This document shows, piece by piece, positions 34,249 through 43,506 of a stretch of DNA of 64,000 nt (position 1 is the stretch's first letter; each line of letters begins with the position of its first letter). The notes below the pieces were generated by a model, which did not search any database, was not told where the DNA came from, and was given only the letters and a program-made list of their open reading frames with translations. Position numbers and translations under genes: made by a program. Source of the DNA: an uncultured Chloroflexia bacterium (GTDB taxonomy: Bacteria; Chloroflexota; Chloroflexia; Thermomicrobiales; UBA6265); NCBI GenBank assembly GCA_963712055.1, contig CAVQGN010000003.1, positions 226,758 through 290,757 of the forward strand. The letters are read 5' to 3'.

Positions 34249-37088
34249 ACCTGGTCGAGGTCGAGCTCACGAACTATCGCCAGTTCAGTGGAACGCATAT
34301 CTTTTCCCCCGGGGAGCAAGCCATGGTGGCGATCCTGGGTGAAAACGGCGCCGGAAAAACGACCCTGTTCGAATCGATCGAGTGGTGTCTCTTCGCTCCG
34401 AATGCGATCAAACGCGATGACATCCGCAACCGCGTCTATCCCGGCAATCCTCGAGTAAGGGTCGTGCTCGAGAATCCCACCACCGGCGAACGATTCGAAA
34501 TCGAAAGGGAGTCGAAGAAAACCACAACCGAGGCCGCGGTCTATCGCGCCGACAACCCCACGGCGCCACTCGTCCAGGGAACGCGCCCGGTGTCGGAATA
34601 TGTTGCCCGCCAACTCCTGGGTATGAGTCACCAGGCCTTTTCGGCCACATTTCTCACTCGCCAGAAAGAACTCGGGTTTTTCGGATCGCTCAAGCCGACC
34701 GATCGGCGACGCGAAGTCGGCAAACTCCTCGGGCTGGAAACGATTCGGACGGCCCAGGAAGCGATCAGTAAGCGACGGCTGGAAAAACAGTCAGAAGCCA
34801 GAGCGAAAACGAGTCGGGTCGAGGAAGTCGCGGCGGAACGCGATTTCGAGAAAGAGTCGACGGCGATCGACAACCGGATCGCAACCGCCTCGCTGGAGGT
34901 CGGACTGCAGCAAACGGCTCTCGCCAGCGCAGATCTCCGTCTGAACAACGCCCGTGCTGCTGTCACTCGGGCCTCGCAACGGCGGGAGGAGCATTCCAAT
35001 CTCCAGCTCGTCCAAACCAAGATCGAAGGAGAACTGCGCAGGGTCAAATCGTCGATCGAGTCGCTCGAAAAGCAGCAGCATGATCTGGATCGAGACGCCA
35101 TCCGGTTGGTTGACCTTCGTCCTATTGCGGCGACTGAATCCGATCTGATCAAGCGGATGGAAGACCATAGCCTCGCGCTCGACCAACGGCGACAGCGAAT
35201 CGCTTTGACCGAGCAGATCACCAGACTCGATGACGATCTCAAACAGGTCGCGGAGAATGTCGAACAGATCGAGGTCCAGTTTTGGGACGGTGAACAGACC
35301 GGCCTGCGGATTGCCGAGTCTCCACCCAGCGAATCGACGGTCCGCCTGCAAGCGCTGTTGAAACGTGCTGTCGAAGCAGACCCCGGCGGTGCGGAAGCAA
35401 CCCTGAACCATCTGACCGCCTGTATCGACGCCGAGAAAGGGCTGACCGCCGCCCAGACCACACTCAAACGCTATGAAGACGTGATCGCGGGAATTCATCG
35501 TGAGATCGAACGTCTCCTCGAGCATGGTGATCCTGCTGATGCCATTTCCGCACTGGAGCAGCAGCTTCAGGAGATCCGTGAACAGCGCGCGGCTGACGCA
35601 GCCACGAACAAGACGGCCACAACCGATCGTGATCGCTTGACCACGATGCGCCAACGGCTTCTCGAGGAAGCGGACGACACCGAATCGTGTCCCACCTGCA
35701 ATCGCCCCTTCGGGCCTGGCGAACGTGATGGCTATCTGACCACCCTCGGCAATCAGATTCGCGAGCTCAGCGCGACCATCACCACGACGTCCGCGACCAT
35801 CGAGTCCTGCCGAACGAAAGAGAAAACGCTCGATACTCAGCTCCAGATACTGGCGGAGCGCAGGACCCAGCTCGACAAGAATCGCGTGCGTCTGACCGAG
35901 AGCAAGCGACCGATGGAGGAAGCAACCGCAGCGGTCGCAGAGGCGGAAGCGATCTTGGCAGACGCTCTGCAATCAGCCGGACGCGGTTCTTTTCCGTCCG
36001 ATGCAGACATCGAGGCTGCCCGCCAAGCCCTGGATCGGGTGAGGCATCGCGCCGGGCAATCTGATCGCATCCACGATCTCCTCCAACAGCAGGAACGCTG
36101 CTCCAACAGTCGTGAAATGGCCACCAGGCAGCTGACGGCCCTCGGTCCGGACACCTATGATCAGAAGTCGCACAAGGACGACGAACGACAACTGCTACGA
36201 GTCCGCGAGGCGGTTACGCAAATCCGCGAAATCGAGGCACGCCTGCTCCAGCGTCCAGCGTTGGAAACCTCACTAATCGATGCACGAACAGAAGCAGAGA
36301 AGCTTTCGGAATCCCTTGCTGGCAGCAACTCCGCGCTGCAGGCATTCGGTTTCGATCCTGATGAGCATCCACTCGCCAGCGCAGAGGAAGCGACTGCCCT
36401 GAGATCGAGACAGGATGCATCAGATCGTCTGAATTCGATCACCCGCGAGCTCGACGCCGCTCAGCGGGATCAAGCTCAGATCAAAAAAGACCAGGATCTG
36501 TTTGAGCGCTATCGAGTCGAGTCAGAAGCAGCCCAAGCCGAGGCCGAGCGCCTGAGCCGGATGTACACAGAGTTCAATTTGTTCGACAAGTTCGTCGCTC
36601 AGTCGATCGCGCCGGCGCTCGCCGATCTGACGGGTCAGATGGTCGCCGAAGTTACCGAAGGCAAATACGACCGGGTCGAGTTCGATGACGATTTTGGCGT
36701 GCGGGTCTTTGACGGTAACGACGATAGCTTCCCGCTCGAGCAGTTTTCCGGCGGTGAACGCGATGTCGTCGCGCTTTGTGCTCGCCTGGCGCTGTCGCAA
36801 CTGATCGGCGGCAGTGGCCATCATCCGCTCCAGTTCGTGGTGCTCGATGAGGTATTTGGATCGCTCGATCAGGTCCGCCGTCAGAATCTGATGGAAACAC
36901 TCCAACGACTGGTCGGAGATGGTGGTCCGTTCCGGCAGTTGTTCGCCATCAGTCATGTCGACGACATTCAGAACAGCCCGGCGTTCGACGAAGCCTGGAA
37001 AATCACCGAAGGGGCTGATGGTATCAGTGTGCTCGAACGGCTGTCCAGCCATCCCACTCTGGCTGGCGGTCAAACAACGATCGACTAA
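34245..37088 (+). CDS. rad50: Rad50/SbcC-family SMC-like ATPase with zinc hook
   Basis: Walker A GENGAGKTT, Q-loop TRQKE, central CPTC zinc hook within long coiled-coil sequence, signature FSGGERDV, Walker B FVVLDEVFGSLD, H-loop ISHV. ATGA overlap with mre11. Confidence 0.9.
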   Translation: MNLVEVELTNYRQFSGTHIFSPGEQAMVAILGENGAGKTTLFESIEWCLFAPNAIKRDDIRNRVYPGNPRVRVVLENPTTGERFEIERESKKTTTEAAVYRADNPTAPLVQGTRPVSEYVARQLLGMSHQAFSATFLTRQKELGFFGSLKPTDRRREVGKLLGLETIRTAQEAISKRRLEKQSEARAKTSRVEEVAAERDFEKESTAIDNRIATASLEVGLQQTALASADLRLNNARAAVTRASQRREEHSNLQLVQTKIEGELRRVKSSIESLEKQQHDLDRDAIRLVDLRPIAATESDLIKRMEDHSLALDQRRQRIALTEQITRLDDDLKQVAENVEQIEVQFWDGEQTGLRIAESPPSESTVRLQALLKRAVEADPGGAEATLNHLTACIDAEKGLTAAQTTLKRYEDVIAGIHREIERLLEHGDPADAISALEQQLQEIREQRAADAATNKTATTDRDRLTTMRQRLLEEADDTESCPTCNRPFGPGERDGYLTTLGNQIRELSATITTTSATIESCRTKEKTLDTQLQILAERRTQLDKNRVRLTESKRPMEEATAAVAEAEAILADALQSAGRGSFPSDADIEAARQALDRVRHRAGQSDRIHDLLQQQERCSNSREMATRQLTALGPDTYDQKSHKDDERQLLRVREAVTQIREIEARLLQRPALETSLIDARTEAEKLSESLAGSNSALQAFGFDPDEHPLASAEEATALRSRQDASDRLNSITRELDAAQRDQAQIKKDQDLFERYRVESEAAQAEAERLSRMYTEFNLFDKFVAQSIAPALADLTGQMVAEVTEGKYDRVEFDDDFGVRVFDGNDDSFPLEQFSGGERDVVALCARLALSQLIGGSGHHPLQFVVLDEVFGSLDQVRRQNLMETLQRLVGDGGPFRQLFAISHVDDIQNSPAFDEAWKITEGADGISVLERLSSHPTLAGGQTTID

Positions 37089-37098
37089 ACCAGCCAAA

Positions 37099-37139
37099 GA
37101 AAAAACGGGTTTCCGGGCGTTTGCACACCCGGAAACCCG
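37099..37139 (-). terminator. rho-independent terminator (also closes the rad50 operon region)
   Basis: Perfect 12-bp stem CGGGTTTCCGGG / CCCGGAAACCCG. The A-run at 37099-37105 gives a U-tract on the minus strand after the PRC-barrel gene. Confidence 0.6.
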
Positions 37140-37160
37140 CTTCAGCCACTCCCCGTCCCG

Positions 37161-37829
37161 CTACTTCTTGGAAGCTTCGACTTCTGCTTTGGTCACCGAC
37201 AAGCGGACACGCTCGTGAGTTACACCGGCAATCCACTCCGCTGGAATGTGGACATCGTGATGGAAGATCCGGCCCTGCTCGATGATCAGGCCGGTTATGT
37301 TCCCCTCGTCGTCGAACAGAACGTCGTCTACTTGCCCAATGTTCTTTTCATCCAGGGTTTCGACGTGCGTATCGTTGCTAATCGTGACATCAGAATCAGT
37401 CAGCGGTCCAATCGTGCGAGTATTCATCTCGCCAATGATCGCTGGTTGAAACAATGATCCCGATCCAGTGCTGGCCATCCCGCCGGAACTTGGACCGACA
37501 TGCATCCAGGTGTTCGAACCGGAGACGTCGACCATTCCGCCGCGCATACCGGCGGCCGTCGAATCGCCAAACTGCACAAATTCCTGCGTCACAAAACCTG
37601 GGAGAGATTTGGCTTCTGCCTCGCTCAACTTCAATGTGACCACTTCTTCGGTCATCGACTCGATGTATTCGATGTCGACAACCCGTCCGCTGTCGAAGAT
37701 TCCTTCATCAGCGACTACTCCGTCGAGGCGTCGTCTAGTGGTATCGAAGATAAGATGATGGACTTTGCCGATCGATTTGCCATCGCTGGTGCGAACATCC
37801 GCGCCGATTGCTGCCTGCCTGAACGCCAT
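37161..37829 (-). CDS. tandem PRC-barrel domain protein
   Basis: Two PRC-barrel-like units (VRTSDGKSIGKVHHLIFDTTRRRLDGVVA.. and VETLDEKNIGQVDDVLFDDEGNITGLIIEQG). Confidence 0.7.
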   Translation of the reverse strand: MAFRQAAIGADVRTSDGKSIGKVHHLIFDTTRRRLDGVVADEGIFDSGRVVDIEYIESMTEEVVTLKLSEAEAKSLPGFVTQEFVQFGDSTAAGMRGGMVDVSGSNTWMHVGPSSGGMASTGSGSLFQPAIIGEMNTRTIGPLTDSDVTISNDTHVETLDEKNIGQVDDVLFDDEGNITGLIIEQGRIFHHDVHIPAEWIAGVTHERVRLSVTKAEVEASKK

Positions 37830-37931
37830 GGTGCTCCCTCACTTCCTGAAAAAACAGAACCCTTGCATTTCGAGGGTCAGGATACTCGTTTCAAAGACAC
37901 GTCGGTCTGACCGACTGCCATCTGTGCTCGA

Positions 37932-39371
37932 TTGATGGTACAGGAAACGGACAATGCACGCGTAGCATTTCACCTGGCAGGCATCTATCCTTACCGCATG
38001 GGAGCATTGCCGCGCCAGACATTCACCTCGACACCGATCGATCCCGGCGACACCATACCCATTCTCCAGGAAGAAGAAACCCCAGTCAGCGCACCGATCG
38101 CCTACCGTGAGCCTCTCGGAGCGCCCATCGCCTTCCCGCTTCTGGTTGCGTTCGTTCATATCACGATCGTCAGTGTGGCGGCGATCGTTGCGTGGCGGTA
38201 TTTCGAATCAACCTCATCCTCCGCCCCCTTCGTCACATCGATCGGTGAACCTGAACCGCTGAGCGGTTGGACCGCGAGCCTCGTCGAACCGCTTCGGCAC
38301 TGGGACGGGCTCTGGTATCGCTTGGTGGCGGACCGTGGCTACGGATTTCACGAAGCCAACGCCGCATTCTGGCCACTCTATCCACTTTCGATGCGAGGTT
38401 TGAGCCGCGTCACCGGACTTGGATTCGACATCTCCGGTTTTCTCATTGCGAATGTCACGTTCGCTCTCGCACTGATACTGCTGTATCGGCTGATCGGCCT
38501 CGATTTCAGTGAGCGGATCAGTCGGAAGAGTCTCTGGGTGCTGGCTCTCTTTCCCACCTCGCTCTTTTTCACGGCGGTCTATACCGAGTCGCTCTTTCTC
38601 CTCCTCTCGGTGGCATGTCTGCTCTCGGCCCGAAAGGGCAAATGGTGGCTGGCCGGTCTGCTCGGAGCGCTGGCAGCGCTCACCCGCTCATATGGCGTTT
38701 TTCTCTTTTTGCCAATGCTCGTGCTCCTTATTCAGCAATACGGTTTCTATCTCCGCGATCTCCTCCCGAAGCTCCTTGCCGTGTCGATGCCTGCACTCGG
38801 CCCCGCCGTCTTTGCCGTCTTTCTCGAACGGGAACTTGGAAACTGGAAAGCGTTTATCGATGTCCAAAACATGTGGAATCGGACGTTCGCCTGGCCCTGG
38901 CAAACCATGCGCTGTGCGATCGATGGCTGCACCCTCACCCTGACGCAATACGGCAATACCAGTGACAAGGCGGTCGACGGCGCCGACTGGTCGTGGTTGC
39001 AGCAACTCCGGACGGATTTCTCCCTCGATCTGATAGCGAGTGAGACCTTCCGGAAAACTGTCGCCAACTCAGACACCCTCGAACTGACCATGACTGTGCT
39101 TTTTTTGGTCCTGGCAGTCGTCGGGCTCTTCCTACTGCCTCTCTATCAATCCGCCTGGTTGATCCCCGGACTGATCATCCCGTTGTTCAGCCCCTCCACT
39201 GTCCATCCACTGATGAGCATGCCGCGTTTTGGGATCACGCTTTTTCCGCTGTTTGTAGTGATTGCGATCATTCTCCGCTGGCGGTGGTTAGCCCTACCAA
39301 TGGCCGCGCTGTCGACCGTGCTCCTGATCTTGCTGACGTTCCAGTTCGCCAACTGGTATTGGGTTTCCTGA
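37932..39371 (+). CDS. polytopic membrane protein, PIG-V/mannosyltransferase-like
   Basis: Many TM helices. The loop motif HWDGLWYRLVADRGY is recalled from PIG-V-type integral membrane mannosyltransferases. Start uncertain (37932 or 37998). Confidence 0.5.
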   Translation: MMVQETDNARVAFHLAGIYPYRMGALPRQTFTSTPIDPGDTIPILQEEETPVSAPIAYREPLGAPIAFPLLVAFVHITIVSVAAIVAWRYFESTSSSAPFVTSIGEPEPLSGWTASLVEPLRHWDGLWYRLVADRGYGFHEANAAFWPLYPLSMRGLSRVTGLGFDISGFLIANVTFALALILLYRLIGLDFSERISRKSLWVLALFPTSLFFTAVYTESLFLLLSVACLLSARKGKWWLAGLLGALAALTRSYGVFLFLPMLVLLIQQYGFYLRDLLPKLLAVSMPALGPAVFAVFLERELGNWKAFIDVQNMWNRTFAWPWQTMRCAIDGCTLTLTQYGNTSDKAVDGADWSWLQQLRTDFSLDLIASETFRKTVANSDTLELTMTVLFLVLAVVGLFLLPLYQSAWLIPGLIIPLFSPSTVHPLMSMPRFGITLFPLFVVIAIILRWRWLALPMAALSTVLLILLTFQFANWYWVS

Positions 39372-39382
39372 CCAGACACGCG

Positions 39383-39412
39383 AAGAGCCGCCTTTCGGCG
39401 GCTCTTTCTCTC
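39383..39412. terminator. hairpin between convergent membrane-protein genes
   Basis: Perfect 10-bp stem AAGAGCCGCC / GGCGGCTCTT with a TTTC loop, followed by a T/C-rich run. Confidence 0.55.
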
Positions 39413-39425
39413 TCCGCTGCTTGTA

Positions 39426-40067
39426 CTACACCTGTGGTGCCGGCAATTGCTCCCATTTCGACTCCGGCAACATGGCTTCGGTCAGTTTCGACATTTGCGA
39501 ACCGATGGCCAACGCAGCGACAACGATCCAGATCACTATCCAGAACCAACTTTCCTGGATCGCCGCCCAAGCCGTGCCGTACTCGAGGTTTTCGCGATCG
39601 ATTCGATTGAGGACCAGCATCGCTCCAGCGACTGCCCAGGCCGCACCAGCAAACGCAGTGATGACCAAAGCCCAATAGACCGGGAGGTCGAGAACGACGG
39701 TCAGCATACCCATCACAATTGCGCCGATGATCGCCGCTGCCGCTATCACCCATTCAGTGTTGACATTGAACACATTCATCAATCCAGCGCCAACGGTCGC
39801 TCCCAGAAATGCACCTCCGAAAATCACAGCGATGTACCAGAACATGTAGGAAGTCACCGCCAGGATGATCCCTCCGACAACTCCGGTGACGATTCCCAGC
39901 GTGGTCGTGAGGAAACCATCATCGAAGAAGTGATGAATCACTTCGACACCGAGCGACATACCGACCACAAATCCAAGCACTGGCAGCGCGATGCCAAACA
40001 CACGCAGCCCGGCAAAAGCAACAACAAGTCCAATCGCCACCATGACTACGCCAACAACAATATCCAT
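39426..40067 (-). CDS. integral membrane protein (about 6-7 TM helices, Gly/Ala/Val-rich)
   Basis: Continuous hydrophobic helices (MDIVVGVVMVAIGLVVAFAGLRVFGIALPVLGFVVG...). No catalytic motif recognised. Confidence 0.6.
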   Translation of the reverse strand: MDIVVGVVMVAIGLVVAFAGLRVFGIALPVLGFVVGMSLGVEVIHHFFDDGFLTTTLGIVTGVVGGIILAVTSYMFWYIAVIFGGAFLGATVGAGLMNVFNVNTEWVIAAAAIIGAIVMGMLTVVLDLPVYWALVITAFAGAAWAVAGAMLVLNRIDRENLEYGTAWAAIQESWFWIVIWIVVAALAIGSQMSKLTEAMLPESKWEQLPAPQV

Positions 40068-40215
40068 CGGACCACTCCTTCTTCCTCATCATCGCCCAAT
40101 TGTCAAAATCGAGCTTGGCGGTCATTGACGCTTAGACCGATCCACGGTGAACCACGCGTCATTCCACAGCGTACGTATGCACAATAAACATACTGATCGT
40201 CAAGGTGACCTGCTG

Positions 40216-40863
40216 TCAAGTATCGATCTCCGAACCGACCAGATATGGGTGCTCTTCGAGATAACGGCTGATAGCCCGTGGATAAAGTTGGCACTCGGCT
40301 TCAAAGACGCGGACTCCCAGGCTTTGAACGGTGTCGCCAGGTCGGACCGGCACCTCGAGCCGATCGATGATTCGCCCACTGTCATACTGGTCATCGACCA
40401 GGTGCACCGTCGCGCCACTTTTCTCCACACCGTGATCCAGAACGGCCTCGTGAACGCGATCACCATAGAACCCCTTACCGGAAGCCCAGTGCGCATCGGG
40501 AAGCAAAGCCGGATGGATGTTGAGGATACGCCCTTGCCACGGATCAGCAACAGTCAATCTGCGCAAGAATCCAGCCAGCAGGATCAGATCGATTTCGAAA
40601 GGTTCGATATGGCGATAAACCGCGGCGCTGTATGCATCGTCAGACGGGTACGTTCTCCGGTCAAGGACAAAGGTAGGTATGCCCGCTGATCGGGCGACCT
40701 CGATACCTCGCACCCCGGGTCGTGAGCTGACAACCACCGCGATCGCGCCACGCAACGCCCCTTCATCGATCGATCTCAAGAGGTTCTCGAGCGTTCGGCC
40801 ACTGCCGGAAAGGAGCACTGCGAACCTGGGTGGCCGAGCTGACGCTAGTTTCTGGACTCTCAT
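40216..40863 (-). CDS. purN: phosphoribosylglycinamide formyltransferase
   Basis: FAVLLSGSGRTLENLL, ILNIHPALLP, and ATVHLVDDQYDSGRII. Start at ATG 40863. The track ORF extends to 41010. Confidence 0.9.
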   Translation of the reverse strand: MRVQKLASARPPRFAVLLSGSGRTLENLLRSIDEGALRGAIAVVVSSRPGVRGIEVARSAGIPTFVLDRRTYPSDDAYSAAVYRHIEPFEIDLILLAGFLRRLTVADPWQGRILNIHPALLPDAHWASGKGFYGDRVHEAVLDHGVEKSGATVHLVDDQYDSGRIIDRLEVPVRPGDTVQSLGVRVFEAECQLYPRAISRYLEEHPYLVGSEIDT

Positions 40864-41096
40864 CTGGCCTCTTCTTCTGAACGACCCTGCGACGATCGGA
40901 GTATGATCGAAAATCGTCTCCCGGAGATGACACCAGGGAAACACAGTGATTGCGGGATGACCGTACACTCGACGTACGTACGAGCCACCAATATACTGTC
41001 TCTCAGTCAAAGAATTGGGGCGATCAGGGCGTTTCTGCTATTGGTCATGCAAACGCTGACCGAGCGCTCGCCCGATAGGCCCCGTGGAATACTGAG

Positions 41097-43013
41097 ATGC
41101 AAGCGCCGAACCCCGCAGCGTTACCAATTGAGTCGATTCCGATCCCGCTTCCCGAGGTTGTCCCCGGATCTCGCTTTGTTTCTACGGCCGTCGATCTATC
41201 CGATGGCTGGGGCAGACGGCGATTGCTCGCTGTCATCGCTTCGCAAGGAGCCTCAGCTGCTGTTCTCGAAGTCGCCTCGCTCACAGACCGGATCGAACGT
41301 CTGTTTCTCACCAAGGCGACTTCAAGCGCCGAAAACACTCTCGACTCACTCGTCACCAGCATTCCGGCGGAGATCAGTTTCGCGATTGCCCTGATCGAAG
41401 GCGCCGACGCAATCCTGGCGGCGCGTCCCGTCGCGCAGGGATTGCTGGACCAGGATGGCGAGCGAATCGTATTTCCCTTCGCTGCTGATGGAACTGACGG
41501 CGTCAGCATCTTCAGAGCGGAACTGCTGGAAGGGGACATCCTCGCCCTCGCGGTCGCGGATCCGGAGCAGGCTGTCGCTGATCTGCAACTGGTCGAATCC
41601 GCAGCGGATCTGGACGCAGCAATTGGCCCGACGGGCTCAGCTATCTGGTTCGAATTGACGCTTCCAGAGTATTCGCTCGGTCTGGACGAAGAGTTTGAAC
41701 CGATCGTGACACAGTCGGCGACAATCGTCCAACCGGCTCCGGCAACCTGGGATCTGGTCGCGCCATCGGTCGGCGGATATCGCGCTAAACCACTTGGAGC
41801 CGATGCATTGCGACGGTACGGACAGAGCTCGCGCAGCCGCACACCGGGCGCCCTTCACTCCCGGATGCCGCGTGGACGACCACCTTTCAAAGTAATGATT
41901 GGTGCGCTCCTGGCGGCGACATTGCTAATTGGATTCGGCTACTGGCTGTTTGCCAATCGTCCAAATGACTCAATCCCGGTGACTGCTCAAGTGGAACAAC
42001 AATCGGCGGCATTGTTATCGGCGATCGAAGCCGACAACATCGATGCGATCGATACCCTGATTCCTGGTGCAGAACAGACACTGTCGCTTGCTGAACGATC
42101 TGGACTGACCACAGACGAGGTAACAACGCTGCGATTCACTCTGCTCGAGGGGAAGGACCTCGTAAACGGCGCCGATCGTCTCGGGTCCGTCGAGAAAATC
42201 GGCAGCCTCCCGGCAGAATTTGATGACCGCAAAGCGTCACTTGTTCTCTTGAACAAAGACCTGTTGGTGTTGGGCGAAACACTTTATCGCGTCGATCCAG
42301 CCAATCGTGAACTCTGGGTTTGGGCATCCGCTGCCAGTGAAATCGATTCGGGAACCGCCCTGATTGCCTCGAGCGACGGCACCACGGTCGCGATTGCGTC
42401 AGATCAGGTGGCGTTTTTTCAGAAAGCGGGAGACACGACCTTCTCGCAGTACTACGGTCAATGGCCGGAAGGGTTCGATCCGGCGGAGTCATTCGCCTCT
42501 GTTTTTTCGGGTCGGCTCTATCTGCTTGATCCGTCGCTCGGCGAGATATGGGTTACTGATCCTGAAACCGCAGAATCTCGACGCTGGCTTCTTTCGGATC
42601 AGGACCCACTCGGAGAGGACAGTGTGGGCATGGTGGTCGACGGCGGGGTGCACGTCGTGTACAAGTCCGGAGAGCTTGCCTCGTTGTACGAGGGCTCCCG
42701 CTATGTCACCGAATCAATCAGTGACAACTTCAGTTTCGAAGACCCGACCGCGATGACCTATGGCCCGCTAACCAAATCGTTCTATATTGCGGGCACCAAG
42801 AATGGCCAACCAGCATTGTTGAAGATTGTCGCGGAGACAGGCGCAGGTTCGATTTATCTGCTCGGTCCAGATAGCGAAGGATTCACGGAGAGCGATGCGT
42901 CCGCGGCATTCGCGGAGCTGCAGAGTCTTGTCGTTGACGAAACCACGGGAAATGTCTACTGGGCCGGAAATGGCGCGCTCTGGCAAGCGCCACTGCCCGA
43001 GGAAGAGGAATAA
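41097..43013 (+). CDS. hypothetical membrane-anchored protein (cytoplasmic ~260 aa, one TM helix, ~350-aa extracytoplasmic repeat-like domain)
   Basis: Long ORF in consistent coding frame with a TM segment VMIGALLAATLLIGFGYWLFA. No family recognised. Confidence 0.6.
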   Translation: MQAPNPAALPIESIPIPLPEVVPGSRFVSTAVDLSDGWGRRRLLAVIASQGASAAVLEVASLTDRIERLFLTKATSSAENTLDSLVTSIPAEISFAIALIEGADAILAARPVAQGLLDQDGERIVFPFAADGTDGVSIFRAELLEGDILALAVADPEQAVADLQLVESAADLDAAIGPTGSAIWFELTLPEYSLGLDEEFEPIVTQSATIVQPAPATWDLVAPSVGGYRAKPLGADALRRYGQSSRSRTPGALHSRMPRGRPPFKVMIGALLAATLLIGFGYWLFANRPNDSIPVTAQVEQQSAALLSAIEADNIDAIDTLIPGAEQTLSLAERSGLTTDEVTTLRFTLLEGKDLVNGADRLGSVEKIGSLPAEFDDRKASLVLLNKDLLVLGETLYRVDPANRELWVWASAASEIDSGTALIASSDGTTVAIASDQVAFFQKAGDTTFSQYYGQWPEGFDPAESFASVFSGRLYLLDPSLGEIWVTDPETAESRRWLLSDQDPLGEDSVGMVVDGGVHVVYKSGELASLYEGSRYVTESISDNFSFEDPTAMTYGPLTKSFYIAGTKNGQPALLKIVAETGAGSIYLLGPDSEGFTESDASAAFAELQSLVVDETTGNVYWAGNGALWQAPLPEEEE

Positions 43014-43049
43014 GGAAACTGCCAAGACCTTGCGATCTTGGCAGTTTCC
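43014..43049. terminator. bidirectional terminator-like hairpin
   Basis: Perfect 14-bp stem GGAAACTGCCAAGA / TCTTGGCAGTTTCC with an 8-nt loop, between convergent genes. Confidence 0.6.
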
Positions 43050-43073
43050 ATGTTTCCGGCCCGAGCCGGACTC

Positions 43074-43316
43074 CTACTTCACAAAGAACTCTTTGTTCAG
43101 CTGGATGAATGCATTCCATTGCTCGGGAACATCATCTTCGAAGAAGATGGCTTCCACCGGGCAAACCTCGGCGCAAACGCCACAATCGATGCACTCATCC
43201 GGATCGATGAAGTATTGCTCCGCTTCATCGGTGGTGTGAATACAATCGACCGGACAGACTTCGACGCAAGAAGCATCCTTCGTGCCAATGCACGGCTGCG
43301 TGATGACGTAGGCCAT
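43074..43316 (-). CDS. fdxA: 7Fe ferredoxin ([3Fe-4S][4Fe-4S])
   Basis: [26 protein letters not shown] and [12 protein letters not shown] cluster motifs. 80 aa. Confidence 0.9.
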   Translation of the reverse strand: MAYVITQPCIGTKDASCVEVCPVDCIHTTDEAEQYFIDPDECIDCGVCAEVCPVEAIFFEDDVPEQWNAFIQLNKEFFVK

Positions 43317-43506
43317 CGCGGAAGACCTCCTTCCCAACTGGGAAAGCTCAGGCTGTTCTGTGCGCTGGATCCGCTTGCACAAGTCGCTCGTCGGTGACGA
43401 ACTCGCGGACCTGAGCAGTATACAAGTCCCGGTCGAGTCGCGATCATGGACAATGTCACCCAACGGAATCGCAACCAGATTGGGCACAGCGAACAGGGAT
43501 CAGCAC

